From: an uncultured Thermoleophilia bacterium
GTDB taxonomy: Bacteria; Actinomycetota; Thermoleophilia; UBA2241
Direction: 5' to 3'
Assembly: GCA_963702475.1 (NCBI GenBank)
Contig: CAVPCT010000005.1
Coordinates: 480,001 to 544,000, forward strand
Length of the DNA stretch: 64,000 nt
Of this stretch, positions 31,396 through 44,982 are shown piece after piece. The notes below the pieces were generated by a model that saw nothing but the letters and a program-made list of their open reading frames with translations, had not been told where the DNA came from and ran no database searches. Within the stretch, counting starts at the first letter, position 1, and the number at the start of each line of letters is the position of its first letter. A program made the position numbers and the translations under genes.

Positions 31396-33252
31396 ATGAA
31401 ACGCTCCCTCTACCGCGAGTACCGCCCGCAGACGTTCGCCGAGCTGGTCGGCCAGGACCACGTGGCGCGCACCCTCAAGAACGCCATCGAGACCGACGCC
31501 GTCGCGCACGCCTACATCTTCTCGGGCCCGCGCGGCACCGGAAAGACGACCACCGCGCGCCTCCTTGCCAAGAGCCTGAACTGCATCGGCCCCGACGGCG
31601 CGCTGGAGCTTCCCACGGCCACCCCCTGCGGCGTCTGCCGCCACTGCCTGACCATCGCGACCGGCACGTCCCTGGACGTCATCGAGATGGACGCCGCCTC
31701 CAACAACAGCGTCGACGACGTGCGCGACCTGCGCGAGAAGATCTCGTACGCCCCTGTGGAGGGACGCCGCAAGGTGTACATCGTGGACGAGGTCCACATG
31801 TTCTCCAACTCGGCGTTCAACGCGCTGCTCAAGACTCTGGAGGAGCCGCCGGCGAACGTCGTGTTCGTGCTCGCCACCACCGAGCCGCACAAGATCCCCG
31901 AGACCATCATCTCCCGCTGCCAGCGCTTCGACTTCCGCCGGCCGCAGGTGCGCGACATCGCCGCCCTGCTGGCGAGCATCGTGGAGCGCGAGAACGGGCG
32001 CTCGGACGACGACCGCGGCGGGCCGCGCATCGAGATCCAGGCCGCGGCCCTGGAGGAGATCGCGCGCCACTCGCAGGGCGGGTTCCGCGACGCCATCGGC
32101 ACGCTGGAGAAGCTCATCACGTACTCGGACGGCGCCATCCGCGTCGTCGACGTGCTCGAGGCGCTCGGCGTCACCGACACCGACCTGCTGTTCGAGATCA
32201 CCGACATCGTCGCCGACCGGCGCCCCGCTGAGGCGCTGCAGTTCGTGCAGCGGCTGGCCAACGAGGGCGCCGACTACGCGCAGTTCATCCGCGACCTGCT
32301 GCGCCATCTGCGCCAGCTGTTCCTGCTCCAGCACCTGGAGGAGTCCGCTCGTGACGCGGCCGTGCTGCGCGCCCTCGGTCAGACGGTGGAGCTGGACGAG
32401 CAGCTTCTTGAACGCCTCCTGCCGCAGGCCAACGGCATGGCTCAGCGCGAGGTCGTGTTCTTCATCGAGACGCTGGGCGAGGCGCAGCGCGAGGTCCGCG
32501 ACGGCCTCGACCCGCGGCTGCAGCTGGAGCTCGCGCTCGTCAAGGTCACGCGGCCGCACCTGGACCACTCCGCGGCGGCCCTGGAGGAGCGCCTGCGGCG
32601 CCTCGAAGCGGCCGCCGCCGGGCACGGCCACGCGGCTGCCCCGGCGCCGCCCGCCGGCGCGCCCACGGCCGCCACCGTCGCGGGAGGGGCGCCCGGCCCG
32701 GCCGCGGCGCCGGAGCCGCCCGGACCATCCCGTCCGGCAGACGGCAGCGAACCGGCGCCGCACGCCCAGGCCCCGGCGTCCCCGCCCGCCGCCGAGAGCG
32801 AGCGTGAGGCGCGGCCCGCCGCGGCGCCGGCCGCGGTTCCCGACGCCGGCGACGCCGGCCCCGAGCTCACCGCCGATCGCGTCCGCCGCGCCTGGGAGCT
32901 CGTCCTCCAGCGCGTCCAGGCAGGCAGCGTGGGGCTCTACGCGCTGCTGCGCGACGCGCGACCCCAGGACCTTCACGGCGACGTGCTCTCCGTGGCCATG
33001 GCCTCGGAGTTCTCCCTTGCGCAGGCGCGCCACCCCGGCAACGACGGAGTCCTTGCCGAGGCCATAGAAGAGGTGCTCGGCAAGCGGCTCGAACCCGAGT
33101 TCGTGCTCGCAGCCGGCGCCGCCTCGCCGTCCGCGCCCTCCGCGATCCCGAGCTCCCCGGCCGCGAACGACGCCGGGCCGCTGGATTTCACCGACCTCAT
33201 CAAGCAGGCCAAGGGCACCTTCGACGCCGAAGAGATGCCCGACGACTCCTGA
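31396..33252 (+). CDS. dnaX: DNA polymerase III subunit gamma/tau
   Basis: [30 protein letters not shown], Pro/Ala linker. Confidence 0.97.
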   Translation: MKRSLYREYRPQTFAELVGQDHVARTLKNAIETDAVAHAYIFSGPRGTGKTTTARLLAKSLNCIGPDGALELPTATPCGVCRHCLTIATGTSLDVIEMDAASNNSVDDVRDLREKISYAPVEGRRKVYIVDEVHMFSNSAFNALLKTLEEPPANVVFVLATTEPHKIPETIISRCQRFDFRRPQVRDIAALLASIVERENGRSDDDRGGPRIEIQAAALEEIARHSQGGFRDAIGTLEKLITYSDGAIRVVDVLEALGVTDTDLLFEITDIVADRRPAEALQFVQRLANEGADYAQFIRDLLRHLRQLFLLQHLEESARDAAVLRALGQTVELDEQLLERLLPQANGMAQREVVFFIETLGEAQREVRDGLDPRLQLELALVKVTRPHLDHSAAALEERLRRLEAAAAGHGHAAAPAPPAGAPTAATVAGGAPGPAAAPEPPGPSRPADGSEPAPHAQAPASPPAAESEREARPAAAPAAVPDAGDAGPELTADRVRRAWELVLQRVQAGSVGLYALLRDARPQDLHGDVLSVAMASEFSLAQARHPGNDGVLAEAIEEVLGKRLEPEFVLAAGAASPSAPSAIPSSPAANDAGPLDFTDLIKQAKGTFDAEEMPDDS

Positions 33253-33263
33253 GGAGAAGCACC

Positions 33264-33590
33264 GTGGCGAACCCGCAGTACAACAAGATGATGAAGCAGG
33301 TCCAGGAGATGCAGCGCAAGATGGCGGAGGCTCAGGAGGAGCTCGCCGTCGAGACCGTCGAGTCCAGCGCCGGCGGCGGCATGGTCACCGTGGTCATCAC
33401 GGGCTCCCTCGAGATCAAAGAAGTGCGCATCAAGCCCGAGGCCGTGGACCCGGACGACGTCGAGATGCTGCAGGACCTCGTGGTGGCGGCCACCAACGAG
33501 GCGCTGCGGGCCGCCCAGGACCTCGCCTCGCAGAAGCTCGGCGGGGCCACGGGCGGCATCGATCTGCCCAACATCCCGGGCCTGTTCTGA
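33264..33590 (+). CDS. ybaB: YbaB/EbfC nucleoid-associated protein
   Basis: [23 protein letters not shown]; canonical position after dnaX. Confidence 0.95.
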   Translation: MANPQYNKMMKQVQEMQRKMAEAQEELAVETVESSAGGGMVTVVITGSLEIKEVRIKPEAVDPDDVEMLQDLVVAATNEALRAAQDLASQKLGGATGGIDLPNIPGLF

Positions 33591-33647
33591 GTCATCGTTC
33601 CCGCCGCCACTGGCCGACGGGAACAGCGGGAGTAGATACTGCATACT

Positions 33648-33709
33648 GGACACATTGTGTCCTTTTTGAGAGAGGCCGCGGAGCGCAGAAGCGCTCCGCG
33701 GCCTCTCTC
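33648..33709 (+). terminator. Hairpin with T5, then a 19-bp perfect hairpin, between ybaB and recR
   Basis: GGACAC-ATT-GTGTCC-TTTTT; GAGAGAGGCCGCGGAGCGC-AGAA-GCGCTCCGCGGCCTCTCTC. Confidence 0.65.
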
Positions 33710-33883
33710 CTGTCCGTGCACCCTCCTGCCGATACCGCGTGAGCGTGAAGCGCGGACCGGGGTACCCCCATGCTTGCCGAAAGGAGTACAATAACTTCCC
33801 GGGTTTCCGACGCCCCCCCAAGACGCACCACTGAGTGCATCAACACGCATGACTATGCATTTTATACGCGTAAGGACGTGAGT

Positions 33884-34486
<603 letters not shown>

Positions 34487-34488
34487 GC

Positions 34489-35085
34489 ATGGCGACGAAG
34501 ACTCCGGAGAAGGCGAGCGGGCTCACCGAGATACGCTGGCACGGCCGCGGCGGCCAGGGGGCCGTCACCGCGGCCAAGATGGTCGCCGAGCTGGCCCTCG
34601 GCGAGGGCAAGTACTTCCAGGCGTTCCCGGAGTACGGGCCCGAGCGCTCCGGCGCACCCATCGTGGCCTTCACGCGCGTGAGCGACGAGCCCATCCAGGT
34701 GTACGCCGGCGTCGAGCACCCGCAGATCGTCATCGTGCTGGACTCGTCACTTCTTGCCGTGGTGGACGTCTGCAAAGGCGCTCCCGACGACGCCATCGTG
34801 CTGGTCAACAGCGAGAAGGCGCCTGCCGAGCTGCGTAAGCAGTACGGCCTCGAAGGCCACCGTCTCTTCACCGTGGCGGCCACGCGCATCGCGCTCGAGA
34901 CCATCCGGCGGCCCATCCCCAACACACCTATGGTGGGGGCTCTCACGCGCATCACGGGGCTGTTCGCGGTGGACGACGTGGCGGAGTTCCTGGAGCACGA
35001 GTTCGGCAAGAAGTTCCCGCCCAAGGTCGTGGAAGGCAACATCAACGCGATCAGGCGCAGCTACGAGGAGGTCCAGGGCGAATGA
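34489..35085 (+). CDS. porC: Pyruvate/2-oxoacid:ferredoxin oxidoreductase gamma subunit
   Basis: EIRWHGRGGQGAVTA, FPEYGPERSGAP, IPNTPMVGA. Confidence 0.93.
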   Translation: MATKTPEKASGLTEIRWHGRGGQGAVTAAKMVAELALGEGKYFQAFPEYGPERSGAPIVAFTRVSDEPIQVYAGVEHPQIVIVLDSSLLAVVDVCKGAPDDAIVLVNSEKAPAELRKQYGLEGHRLFTVAATRIALETIRRPIPNTPMVGALTRITGLFAVDDVAEFLEHEFGKKFPPKVVEGNINAIRRSYEEVQGE

Positions 35086-35453
35086 CCGTGGAGAAGAAAG
35101 CCGGCGCCAAGCACCCGGCGCCGCTCAAGAAGCCCCGCGCCAGAAAGCCCAAGTGGGACATCAGCGACGTCGCCGAGTGGGGCCCCGACCGCCACGAGCT
35201 GGGCGCGACCATCGTCGAGGCCGGCAACTCGACCTTCAACGAGACCGGCGGCTGGCGCAGCCTGGTGCCGGAGATCGAGGTCGCCAAGTGCGATGGCTGC
35301 ATGTTGTGCTACTTCTACTGCCCCGACTCCTCGATCATCATCGAGGACGGCAAGGCGGTCGGCATCGACCTCGCCCACTGCAAGGGCTGCGGCATCTGCG
35401 CCAAGGAGTGCCCGCAGACCGCCATCGCCATGCTGATCGACGCCAAGGAGTGA
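35082..35453 (+). CDS. porD: 2-oxoacid:ferredoxin oxidoreductase delta subunit, 2x[4Fe-4S]
   Basis: TGGWR, CDGCMLCYFYCP, CKGCGICAKECP. Confidence 0.93.
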   Translation: MTVEKKAGAKHPAPLKKPRARKPKWDISDVAEWGPDRHELGATIVEAGNSTFNETGGWRSLVPEIEVAKCDGCMLCYFYCPDSSIIIEDGKAVGIDLAHCKGCGICAKECPQTAIAMLIDAKE

Positions 35454-35456
35454 CCT

Positions 35457-36659
35457 GTGGCCACCACCCCGACTGAGATCGTCGCGGTCACCGGCAACGA
35501 GGCCGTGGCCGAGGCCATGCGCCAGATCGACCCCGACGTCGTCTGCGCGTACCCCATCACGCCCCAGACCGAGGTCGTGCAGATCTACGCGCAGTTCGTG
35601 GCCGACGGCGCCGTCGAGACGGAGTTCGTCACCGTCGAGAGCGAGCATTCGGCCATGAGCGCCGTCATCGGCTCCGCCGCCGGCGGCGCGCGCACCATGA
35701 CGGCGACCTCCTCCCAGGGCTTCGCCCTCATGTGGGAGGTCCTGTACGTGGCCGCCAGCTACCGCCTGCCCGTCGTCATGACGACGGTCAACCGCGCCCT
35801 GAGCGGCCCCATCAACATCCACTGCGACCACAGCGACACCATGGGCGGCCGCGACACCGGCTGGATCCAGCTGTACGGCGAGAACCACCAGGAGGCCTAC
35901 GACAACTGCATCCAGGCCGTGAGGATCGCCGAGCACATGGACGTGCGGCTGCCGGTGATGCACATGCTGGACGGCTACGTCATCAGCGGCGCCATCGGGC
36001 CGCTGCAGATGCTCACCAAGGAGCAGGTGCAGCAGTTCATCGGCCCGTACCGCGCCGTGAACCCCATGCTCGACGCCAAGAAGCCGGTCACCGTCGGCCC
36101 GTTCGACGGCCTGCACGGCTGGTACTTCGAGCACAAGGTCGCCCAGAACCGCGCCATGGACCGCGCCTTCAAGGTCATCCAGGACGTCGCCGACGAGTAC
36201 GCCGAGATCAGCGGGCGGCACTACGGCCTGTACGACCCGTACATGATCGAAGACGCCGAGATCGCCATCGTCGTGGTCGGCTCCACGGCCGGAACCACGC
36301 GCATGGTGGTGGACCAGCTGCGCGCCAAGGGCGTGAAGGCAGGGATGATCCGCGTGCGCGCGTTCCGGCCCTTCCCGCACCAGCTCTACGCCGAGGCCCT
36401 GCAGCACTGCAAGGTGGTCGGCGTCCTCGACCGCGCCGACTCGTCGGGCGCCCAGGGCGGCCCGGTGTTCCTGGAGACGCGCGCCGCGCTGTACGACTGC
36501 GACCCGCGGCCACAGGTGCTGCCCTTCATCTACGGCCTCGGCGGCCGCGACGTCTTCCCCACCAACATCGAGGAGGCGTTCGCGCAGCTGCAGGAGGTCG
36601 CCGCGAGCGGCAAGCGGGCCTCCACCGAACGTCGGTATCTCAACCTGCGAAAAGATTGA
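35457..36659 (+). CDS. porA: Pyruvate/2-oxoacid:ferredoxin oxidoreductase alpha subunit
   Basis: TGNEAVA, YPITP, ESEHSA, TATSSQG, NRALSGPINI, GLGGRD. Confidence 0.94.
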   Translation: MATTPTEIVAVTGNEAVAEAMRQIDPDVVCAYPITPQTEVVQIYAQFVADGAVETEFVTVESEHSAMSAVIGSAAGGARTMTATSSQGFALMWEVLYVAASYRLPVVMTTVNRALSGPINIHCDHSDTMGGRDTGWIQLYGENHQEAYDNCIQAVRIAEHMDVRLPVMHMLDGYVISGAIGPLQMLTKEQVQQFIGPYRAVNPMLDAKKPVTVGPFDGLHGWYFEHKVAQNRAMDRAFKVIQDVADEYAEISGRHYGLYDPYMIEDAEIAIVVVGSTAGTTRMVVDQLRAKGVKAGMIRVRAFRPFPHQLYAEALQHCKVVGVLDRADSSGAQGGPVFLETRAALYDCDPRPQVLPFIYGLGGRDVFPTNIEEAFAQLQEVAASGKRASTERRYLNLRKD

Positions 36660-36660
36660 G

Positions 36661-37512
36661 GTGAGTCGCAACATGGTGCGACGCAACAGTGACAACGGCA
36701 ACGGCAAAGGCGCGGGGGTAGCGGAGCCCAAGGGCTCCGCTCTCTACGAGGTCCTCAAGGGCGTCGACTTCGAGCGCCGCGAGCTGATGGACAAACCCCG
36801 CGGCGTGGGCCTCTTCGACCTGGTGCGCGACAAGGACAGCGGCTACCGCTGCTACTCCTGCACACTCTGCGAGCAGGCCTGCCCCGTCGACTGCATCGAC
36901 ATCGACTACTGCCCCGAGCACGAAGAGCACGCGTTCGACTACGAGGCCGAGCGCTCCGCGGCCCTGGCGACCCTTCCCGGGCGAGAGCTGCGGCGCCCAC
37001 GCCGCCTGCGTCATCGGCGACAAGCCGCTCGGCTACGTGCCGGAGATCGACATGAAGCTCTTCGACCCGGTCATCGCCGGCATCCGCGCCGGCTCCGGCC
37101 TGGTCCAGGCCCTGCACGCCACGCAGGAGGCCTACGGCTGGCTGCCGCGCGTGGCCCTGGAGAACATCGCCGAGGAGATGCACGTCTCCTTCTCGCGCGT
37201 GTACGGCGTCGCCACGTTCTACACGCAGTTCCGTCTCACGCCGGTCGGCAGGTACGTCATCGACGTGTGCATGGGCACCGCCTGCCACGTGGCCGGCGCC
37301 CCGCTCGTGGTGGAGGCGTTCAGCAACGAGCTGGAGATCCCCGTGGGCGGCACCACCGCCGACGGGCTGTTCACCCTCCAGACGGTGAACTGCGTCGGCG
37401 CCTGCGCCCTGGCCCCGGTCGTGCGTCTGGGCGATGACGAGACCTTCGGACGCATGGGCCCCAACGAGGCGCGCAAGCTGGTGCGAAAGCTCCGCAAGGC
37501 GGAGGTGCCGGC

Positions 37513-37516
<4 letters not shown>
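36661..37516 (+). CDS. NuoE/HydC (BfuC)-like [2Fe-2S] subunit with extra N-terminal 4Fe-4S motif; +1 indel near 36980
   Basis: N-terminal CYSCTLCEQACP; after the frame correction GVATFYTQF, CMGTAC, CVGACALAP. Confidence 0.85.
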
Positions 37517-39434
<1,918 letters not shown>

Positions 39435-39438
<4 letters not shown>

Positions 39439-42400
39439 GTACCCGAACCAAAACGGCCGTGAAGGTCACCATAGATGGCCGCGAGCTCGGCGCCCGTGAG
39501 GGCGAGACCGTGCTCCAGGTCGCACGGCGCGAGGACATCGACATCCCCGCCCTGTGCCATCAGGAGGGCATGGATGCCTGGGGCGCCTGCCGCCTGTGCA
39601 TGGTCGAGGTCGAAGGCCTCGACAAGCTGCAGGCGGCCTGCACGACCTGGGTCACCGACGGCATGGTCGTGCAGACCGACACGGCCCGCGTGCGCGCCCG
39701 TCGCGAGAGCTACCTCGAGATGTACCTCTCGGACCACAACTCCTACTGCGAGGCGCCGTGCTCCCACGCGTGCCCCACGCACATCGACATCCCCGCCTAC
39801 ATGGCGGCGCTCGCCGGCGGCGACGCCGCCGGCGCGGCCGCCATCGTGCGCGAGGAGCTGCCGTTCCCCGGCATCCTTGGGCGCGTGTGCAACCGCTACT
39901 GCGAGCCGGTGTGCCGGCGCGCCGACGTGGACGAGCCCATCGCCATCTGCGCCCTGCACCGGGCAGCAGCCGACCACAGCGAGACGCGCCTGATCCCGGG
40001 CATGCCCAGCGGCCGGCGCGTCGCCGTCATCGGCGCCGGCCCAGCAGGACTGGCCGCGGCCTGGTTCCTCACGGAGCGCGGCCACAGCGTCACCATGTAC
40101 GACGCCAACCCCGAGCCCGGCGGCAGCCTGCGGTACAGCATCCCCGAGTTCCGCCTGCCCGCCAGGGTCGTGGAGAAGGAGCTCACGCCGCTGTGGGAGG
40201 CAGGCGTGCGCTTCGTCGGCGAGGCCGAGCTGGGCTACGAGGTCGACACCGACGGCCTGCTGGACGCCGGCTTCGACGCCATCGTGCTCGGTGTGGGCCG
40301 CTGGGAAGAGCCGCGGCACGTGCTGCCCGGCGACGAGGCGGCCCTCAAGGGCCTCGACCTGCTCAAGCGCGTACGCGAGGGCAGGGCCGTCAAGTTCACG
40401 CAGAAGGTCGTGGTGATCGGCGACGGCCTCACCGCCCTCGACGTGGCCCGCACAGCGCGCCGCAGGGGCGCCAAAGAAGTCGTCGTGATCTCGCCGAACC
40501 AGGCCGACGACATCCCGGCCGGTGCCCGCGACCTCAAGAACGCCCTCGAGGAGGGCGTGAAGTTCGAGTTCGGCGCCCTGGCCAAGAAGGTCAAAGCAAA
40601 GAGCGGCAAGGCGCAGGGCGTGGAGTGCGTGCGTCTGGCGACCGACAAGGGCCGCACGCACGAGGTGCGCGGCTCGCGCTTCGACGTGCCGGCCACCACC
40701 GTCGTGATGGCCACGGGCTACGCGCCGCGGCTCGGCGACAGCGCCGAGTACATCGCCGTGTCCGACGCCCGCCTGCAGGCCGACCCCTCCACCGGCCGCA
40801 CCGCCGATCCCGGCGTGTTCGCGGCCGGCGATGCCGTGGCGCGCACCGCTTCGGTCATCCACGCGGTGGCCGGCGGCAAGCGCGTGGCCCTGGCCATCGA
40901 CGCCTGGCTGCGCGGTGAGGACCTCGACGAGCTGGAGGCGCGGCTCACCGCTTTCAAGCAGCTGCCGTACCTCGAGCAGCTCAAGGCGGAGAAGGCGCTC
41001 GGCGACCTCGAGCTGCGTCTCGTCGAGCGCGACCCGGTGTGGCTCAAGATGGGCGCGGCGGCCGACCCGGCGCCCCGCGCCACCATGCCCAAGGTCGGCA
41101 GGCAGAAGCGTCTCACGGCCACCGACCTCGAGGTCGAGAAGGGCTACAGCCTGGCGGCCGCCCGCGCCGAGGCCATGCGCTGCCTGCAGTGCGAGTGCCC
41201 CAGCAACGGTGCCTGCGACCTGCAGAAGCTCGGCGTGCAGTACGACATCACCAGCAACGACCTGGTCGTGAAGGGCAATCTCGTGCGCATGGTCGAGGCC
41301 CAGTACGAGCACCCCTTCATCCGCCGCGACATGGAGCGCTGCATCGCCTGCGGGCGCTGCGTGCGCGTGTGCCGCGACGTGGCCGGCCCGGCCTGCTACG
41401 ACTTCACCGGCCGCGGCTTCATGATGAACGTCGACACGCCCTACGGGCAGGCCCTGCAGCTGGCCGACTGCATCTCGTGCGGTCGCTGCGTCACGAGCTG
41501 CCCCACCGGCGCCCTCACCTTCAACCAGCGCGAGCTGGCCGCCTTCCAGATCGACGAGAGCCGCTGCATCATGTGCCGCGAGTGCGTCGGCGTATGCCCG
41601 GTGGATGCCCTCAAGGAGACCAACCACTTCGAGGAGGCGCGCCGGCGGTGGCTCGAGCTCGTGACCAAGGGCAGCGGCCTGGCCGGCGGGCACCGCATGT
41701 GCGCCGGCTGCGGGGCGCCCATCGTGGTGCGCCAGGTGCTCATGGGCACCGACGACCCCGTGGTGGTCAGCGCCGCCACCGGCTGCCTCGAGGTGAGCAC
41801 CACCATCTACCCCTACACCTCGTGGAAGGGCAGCTACATCCACACCGCCTTCGAGAACGCGGCGGCCACGCTCTCCGGCGTGGAGACCGCATTCCGGGCG
41901 CTGAAGAAGAAGGGTCTCATCGAGGAGAACGTCAAGTTCATCGCCTTCGGCGGCGACGGCGGTACCTACGACATCGGCCTGCAGAGCCTCTCCGGCGCCA
42001 TGGAGCGCGGACACGACATGGTGTACGTGTGCTACGACAACGAGGCGTACATGAACACCGGGTTCCAGCGCTCCAGCGCGACGCCCCACGGGGCCTGGAC
42101 CACCACCAGCCCGATCGGCAAGGAGAGCTACGGCAAGGTCCAGAACCGCAAGGACCTCACCGAGATCATGGTCGCCCACGGCATCCCGTACGTGGCACAG
42201 GCCTCGCCGCACGACCCGCGCGACCTGGTGCGCAAGGCGGCCAAGGCGCTCGCCACCCCCGGCCCGGCGTTTCTCAACATCCTGGCGCCGTGCCCGCGCG
42301 GCTGGCGTTCGGACGGGGCCGAGACCATCGAGCTCGCGCGCGAGGCCGTGAACGCCTGCTACTGGCCGCTGTTCGAGGTCGTGGACGGCGAGTACAAGCT

Positions 42401-42614
42401 CACGTACCGGCCGCGTCGCAAACTGCCGCTCATCCCCTGGCTCAAGCGCCAGGGGCGCTTCGCCCACCTGTTCAAGCCGGGCAACGACGAGGCTCTCGAG
42501 CAGCTCGAGGCGTGGTCGGATCGTGAGTGGGCCAAGCTCCTGCGCAAGTGCGGCGAGCCCAGCGAGGCCGACTGGCAGGAGGAGCTGCAGGCCAACGGGT
42601 GCCTGCTGCGCTGA
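39435..42614 (+). CDS. Fusion: HydA/NuoG N-terminal Fe-S arm + GltD/NfnB-like flavodomain + ferredoxins + PFOR beta (TPP) subunit
   Basis: IPALC..GACRLC..AAC; GAGPAGL; CLQCEC; CIACGRCVRVC; CISCGRCVTSCP; CIMCRECVGVCP; then HRMCAGCG, TGCLEV, GDGG..DNEAYMNTG, APCP. One uninterrupted 1059-aa ORF. Confidence 0.92.
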
Positions 42615-42621
42615 CGACGCG

Positions 42622-42647
42622 CGTCCGGCGGCCTGAGCCGCCGGACG
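42622..42647 (+). terminator. Hairpin after the por/bfu operon
   Basis: CGTCCGGCGGC-CTGA-GCCGCCGGACG. Confidence 0.55.
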
Positions 42648-42671
42648 ACCCGGGGCTGCTACACTGAGTCG

Positions 42672-42880
42672 CGGCTACCAGCCAGAACGCGGACGGGGCG
42701 GGCCTTCACGGGCCCGCCCCGTCCGCGTTCCCGGGACGACACCAGCCCCTCGGGTGTGCGGCGCCGGCCGCAGGGGTACATGCCCTCGGGACGCTCAGCC
42801 TTGACAGCTCCAAAGCCAGCAGGTCTGAGTGCCCGCGCAGGACATGCCCGGCTGCGTGCGCGGGAGCCTGGGACCCGCGC
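42672..42880 (+). ncRNA. Candidate structured small RNA
   Basis: Extended -10 TGcTACACT at 42657-42665; 20-bp perfect hairpin 42685-42730; long irregular hairpin about 42769-42857; no ORF. Confidence 0.3.
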
Positions 42881-42883
42881 GAG

Positions 42884-44185
42884 TCAGCCCTCGGCGCGCA
42901 GGTCCAGCACGTGGCCGCGCACGCCGTGAGTCCGTTCCACAGCGCCCGGCTCCACGAGCCTGATGCGCGCCTGCAGGCCCAGTGCGGCCTGGAGCTTGTC
43001 GGCCACGGCCGCCTGGAACCGCACCATCTCGCCCATCACGTCGGAGAACACGTGCTCGTCGACCTCGACCCTGAGCTCGACGTCGACGAGGCCCTGGGCG
43101 CGCTCGAGCACGATGAGGAACTGCGGGCGCGCGCCCTCGATGCCCTCCAGGATCTCCTCCACCTGGGCCGGGTAGAAGTTCACGCCGCGCACGATGAGCA
43201 TGTCGTCGGTGCGCTCGCGCACCTTGGCCATGCGCCCCAGCGTACGTCCGCAGTCGCAGCGGGACGTGTCGAGCGACGTGAGGTCCCGCGTGCGGTAGCG
43301 AAGCAGCGGGAAACCCTCTTTGGTCAGGGTGGTGATCACGAGCTCACCACGGTCGCCCGGCTGGACCGGCTCGCCGCTCACAGGATCGACGACCTCCAGC
43401 AACAGGTGGTCCTCGTTGACGTGCAGGCCACAGGCGCACTCGCACTCGCCGGCCACACCCGGGCCCATGACCTCCGACAAGCCGTACGTGTCCACGGCGC
43501 GGATGCCCAGCTTCTCCTCGAGCGTCGCCTTCATGGAGTCTGGGCACGGTTCGCCGCCGAAGAGGCCGAGCCGCAGTCTGAACGCGGCGACGTCGAGCCC
43601 GAGCCTGCCGGCCTGCTCCGCCAGGTAGAGGGCGTACGACGGCGTGGAGACCAGCACCGTGGTCCCGAAGTCGCGCACCATCGTGAGCTGCCGCTCGCTC
43701 TGGCTGGCGCCTGCCGGGATGATGGTGGCGCCGATACGCTCCATGCCGTAGTGCATGCCCCAGCCGCTGGTCGACATGCCGTACGGGTACGCCATCTGCA
43801 CCAGGTCGCCGCGCAGCACGCCGGCTGCCGCCGCGACGCGTGCCGTGAGCTCCGTCCAGGTGTTGATGTCGCCGCGCGAGTAGCCGACCACCACGGGTTT
43901 GCCGGTGACGCCGGACGAAGAGTGCACGCGCACGATCTCGTCCAGGGGCAGGGCGAACATGCCGAAGGGGAAGGCGTCGCGCAGGGTGCCCTCGTCGGTG
44001 AACGGCAGGCGGCGCACATCGTCGAGCGTGTGGATGTCGCGCGGGCGCACGCCGCGGCGCTCGAGCTCGGAGCGGTAGTGCGGCACGTGCTCGAAGGCCC
44101 AGGCGACGGTCATCTGCAGGCGGCGCAGCTGCAGCACGTGCAGTGCCGCCCGGTCCATGCACTCGTACTCGGGGTTCCAGATCAT
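42884..44185 (-). CDS. paaK: Phenylacetate-CoA ligase family protein
   Basis: HSSSGVTGKP, YGLSEVMGPGVA, PLLRYRTRD, RTDDMLIVRGVN. Confidence 0.9.
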   Translation of the reverse strand: MIWNPEYECMDRAALHVLQLRRLQMTVAWAFEHVPHYRSELERRGVRPRDIHTLDDVRRLPFTDEGTLRDAFPFGMFALPLDEIVRVHSSSGVTGKPVVVGYSRGDINTWTELTARVAAAAGVLRGDLVQMAYPYGMSTSGWGMHYGMERIGATIIPAGASQSERQLTMVRDFGTTVLVSTPSYALYLAEQAGRLGLDVAAFRLRLGLFGGEPCPDSMKATLEEKLGIRAVDTYGLSEVMGPGVAGECECACGLHVNEDHLLLEVVDPVSGEPVQPGDRGELVITTLTKEGFPLLRYRTRDLTSLDTSRCDCGRTLGRMAKVRERTDDMLIVRGVNFYPAQVEEILEGIEGARPQFLIVLERAQGLVDVELRVEVDEHVFSDVMGEMVRFQAAVADKLQAALGLQARIRLVEPGAVERTHGVRGHVLDLRAEG

Positions 44186-44982
44186 CGCTCCCCCCCAGCC
44201 TCGCCGCGCCAGGCGCCGAGGTAGATGGTCTGTACGGTCTCGTCGGCGAGCAGATCGGCGGAGGAGCCCTGCAGCACCACGCGGCCGGTCTGCATCACGT
44301 AGCCGCGGTCGGCATGCTTGAGCGCGAGGCGCGCGTCCTGCTCAACGAGCAGGACGGTGACGCCTCGCGCCCGCAGCTTGTCCAGCACGGCGAAGATCTC
44401 GCGGATGACGCGCGGCGCCAAGCCGAGCGACGGCTCGTCGAGCAGGAGCAGCCTCGGCCGCGACATCAGGGCGCGGCCGACGGCCAGCATCTGCTGCTCG
44501 CCGCCGGAGAGCGTGGCCGCCGGCTGGCCTGCCCGCTCGGCCAGCACCGGGAACAGCTCGTGGACCGTGTGAAGGCCCTCGGCGACGGCGGCGCGCCGCT
44601 CGCGCCCGGCGCCGTAGGCGCCGAGCTCGAGGTTCTCGCGTACCGTCATGGGGCCGAACAACAGGCGACCCTCGGGCACGAGCGCCAGGCCGGCGCGCAC
44701 CAGCCGCTCGGGGCGCGCAGCCGCCAGCGAGGCGCCCTCGTACGTGACCGAGCCGGAGCGTGCGTGCACCAGCCCGACCACGGTCTTGAGCAGCGTCGAC
44801 TTGCCGGCGCCGTTGGCGCCGATGAGGGCCACGAGCTCGCCGGCGGCGACCCTGAGATCGACGCCGTGCAGCACTTCCGCGCGGCCGTACCCGGCACGCA
44901 CGCCGTGCAGCTCGAGCAGCGTGGAGGCGCCCGCGACGCCCGCGCCACCGCCCGCCGCGCCCGTGGTGGCGGGCTCAGGCAT
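44182..44982 (-). CDS. livF: Branched-chain amino acid ABC ATPase
   Basis: GANGAGKST, LSGGEQQMLA, LDEPSLGLAP. Confidence 0.92.
   Translation of the reverse strand: MPEPATTGAAGGGAGVAGASTLLELHGVRAGYGRAEVLHGVDLRVAAGELVALIGANGAGKSTLLKTVVGLVHARSGSVTYEGASLAAARPERLVRAGLALVPEGRLLFGPMTVRENLELGAYGAGRERRAAVAEGLHTVHELFPVLAERAGQPAATLSGGEQQMLAVGRALMSRPRLLLLDEPSLGLAPRVIREIFAVLDKLRARGVTVLLVEQDARLALKHADRGYVMQTGRVVLQGSSADLLADETVQTIYLGAWRGEAGGER

Noticed and set aside
42795-42825. Second SRP RNA (CAG...AGCA) or 6S RNA
   Set aside because: No GNRA-capped helix-8 pairing and no clear 6S closing stem or bubble; left as an unassigned candidate.
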